Origin: Lingula anatina
Taxonomy: Eukaryota > Animalia > Brachiopoda
Direction: 5' to 3'
Assembly: GCA_051362555.1 (NCBI GenBank)
Contig: CM120640.1
Coordinates: 66,318,788-66,382,787, forward strand
DNA length: 64,000 bases
The first letter of the stretch is position 1. Each line of letters begins with the position of its first letter. The notes beneath the pieces are model-generated. The model saw nothing but the letters and a program-made list of their open reading frames with translations, was not told the DNA's origin and did not search any database. Positions 62,891 to 64,000 of the stretch are shown in pieces. A program made the position numbers and the translations under genes.

Positions 62891-63969
62891 TTCTTAATGT
62901 AATAGAAGGCCTGCTGACTACACTCAATAATAGAAACTTGACATGGAGGAGAAAAAGCACTTTTGCTGAAAACTCAACTGTACTGTGATCATAAGTAAAA
63001 ACAGTTATTGCAATGTAGCATTACACCAGAATAATAAAAATCACACACAATATCAAAGGTTCTTTAAGGCAAGCACAATGATGTGATCAAATGGTAAAAT
63101 TATCCAATTTCCATTTTTCTTTTTCATTTGAATACTACAGCTGGTTGAATCAAAATATTTTAACTAAACATTTTTAACTATATCACAGATGTGTGTGTGT
63201 GTGCTAGTGTATGTCCACATGAAAATAAACTGACATACCTTGATAACACCTAGTCCAACAGTGGCCAAAGTAGCTGATGTGTCACTTTCAAAGCCAATGG
63301 ACAGAAATATAGTTGGTGCATAGTATAACACATTGGGTTGACCAGTGAACTAGAAAAAATATTCTTATAACTTTACAAAACATAAATGAAACAAATAAGG
63401 ACCATATAATCACCAAATTATTTTAGTCATGTCATTTTAGGTGGGTTTAAATTATAAACTGTTATTATTTTGTCACCCTATGTAACAATCACCATATATA
63501 TACTACAGTGTACAAGTGATAATGACAGACTCAGTCAACATGTTGAATTGTGTTGTACCTGTTGAAAAAGAACCAATCCACAGCCAATAAGGAGCCTGCC
63601 TCTCATGTTGTCTGCTCCTCGGAATAGGTCAAAGAAACTTTGCTGCTAATTAAGGACATTAAAAAATTTTAATCATAAGAATTCAGTTGTATTTCACATA
63701 CAACAGCAATTTCTATAGCATCAAAATTAAAAAGGTGAGAACACTGTATAAAAGATGTCTGGAAATAATAATTCTTCCTAAAAAATGTAATGGATACTTA
63801 AGCAAAAAAAGACATCCAAGTAACATCATTAAATGCAATAAGTTTCTTAATCATTATGTCAATGACAGACTGCTGAACTAACCCCATCTTTGTTAACAGA
63901 TGCCTTGATGGCATTCCACTCAACAGCTACATTGGAGTAACCTCTAAGCTTTTGTAAAACGTCCTGAGC
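55724..63969 (-). CDS. SLC2A10: Class III facilitative sugar transporter (GLUT10/GLUT12; SLC2A10-like), 3' part; gene begins beyond the window end
   Basis: Exons 63969-63883, 63645-63559, 63349-63239, 62720-62156, 61757-61635, 58097-57965, [optional 57297-57220], 55850-55724(TGA). Motifs [75 protein letters not shown], plus a large glycosylated TM9-TM10 loop typical of class III GLUTs. The symbol is tentative (could be co-orthologous to SLC2A10 and SLC2A12). Confidence 0.9.
57601..57664. repeat. (TAAA)n microsatellite
   Basis: Direct reading. Confidence 0.9.
59610..60668 (+). CDS. Class B (7tm_2; Methuselah/adhesion-like) G protein-coupled receptor, nested antisense in a GLUT intron
   Basis: 352-aa uninterrupted ORF with 7 hydrophobic segments: TM3 C..FG....[12 protein letters not shown]2 [13 protein letters not shown]5 [15 protein letters not shown]6 [13 protein letters not shown]7 LDGIWVFIV. 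The short N-terminus has three N-glycosylation sequons (NLS, NIT, NDS). A polypyrimidine-AG acceptor sits at 59600, just upstream of the ATG. Confidence 0.9.
   Translation: MSLNLSEYGGHGDTFTGDNITNDSSLSPVRAWDIPWDSPAGIALIVALSISVWCLIVRIIFQPFVKVYHTLPGKIHFCLVVAQCLVKVTFSMRPLFLGNPVHCMIFGNVVMWEFLSTFFWMNGLALHTFKTFGPNAPTSKATKRQECRRLGFIFAYATLSPTVIMSLVILMENLDIDEKFKPGFHNTNCWFPQPLNFVIYTMTPGGILILINLFLFLITTKRISKTMKLSNYIKTSKEKSERAIFMKLFIMIGLNWILWFIHGLVSFLTGIEVLFYIFIIMAGLDGIWVFIVTVCTKRVWNELRHSITTRKTGEQNRATNTPKAPTGHNNSNSSDKIDKTTLTDTDISCTHL
60747..60785. repeat. (TA)n microsatellite
   Basis: Direct reading; in the GPCR 3' UTR. Confidence 0.9.
62847..62887. repeat. (CTAT)n microsatellite
   Basis: Direct reading. 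Confidence 0.9.
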
Positions 63970-64000
63970 CTGAAATGAAGACATCTTTATCAATCAAAAT

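Overview
AT-rich, intron-rich eukaryotic (animal) genomic DNA. Gene content and repeat families suggest a lophotrochozoan, probably a mollusc (inference). I reconstructed exons by hand from GT/AG boundaries and translation. Five spliced genes: the 5' half of glycogen branching enzyme GBE1 (-, runs off the left edge); an SNX9/18/33-type SH3-PX-BAR sorting nexin (+, head-to-head with GBE1); NAT10 (+, 26 coding exons); a PHF13/PHF23-like PHD protein (-); and the 3' half of a GLUT10/12-like sugar transporter (-, runs off the right edge). Two single-coding-exon genes are nested antisense in introns: an ankyrin-SOCS box (ASB) gene starting MGNC inside NAT10, and a class B 7TM receptor with no large ectodomain inside the GLUT gene. 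Most notable: (1) a duplicated, equal-length, diverged exon pair (4a/4b) in GBE1 that looks like mutually exclusive splicing of the CBM48 region; (2) an 11-fold tandem amplification of a NAT10 exon end plus its splice donor, where every distal donor brings in a stop codon; (3) a ~430-bp-arm near-perfect foldback element with an 8-bp TSD and a promoter-like spacer; (4) four Helentron-type non-autonomous elements in NAT10 introns, three carrying satellite-like arrays, with nuclear-receptor DR1 motifs in the 146-bp array. No prokaryotic systems, CRISPR, rRNA or tRNA were seen. All family assignments come from recognised motifs, not database searches.
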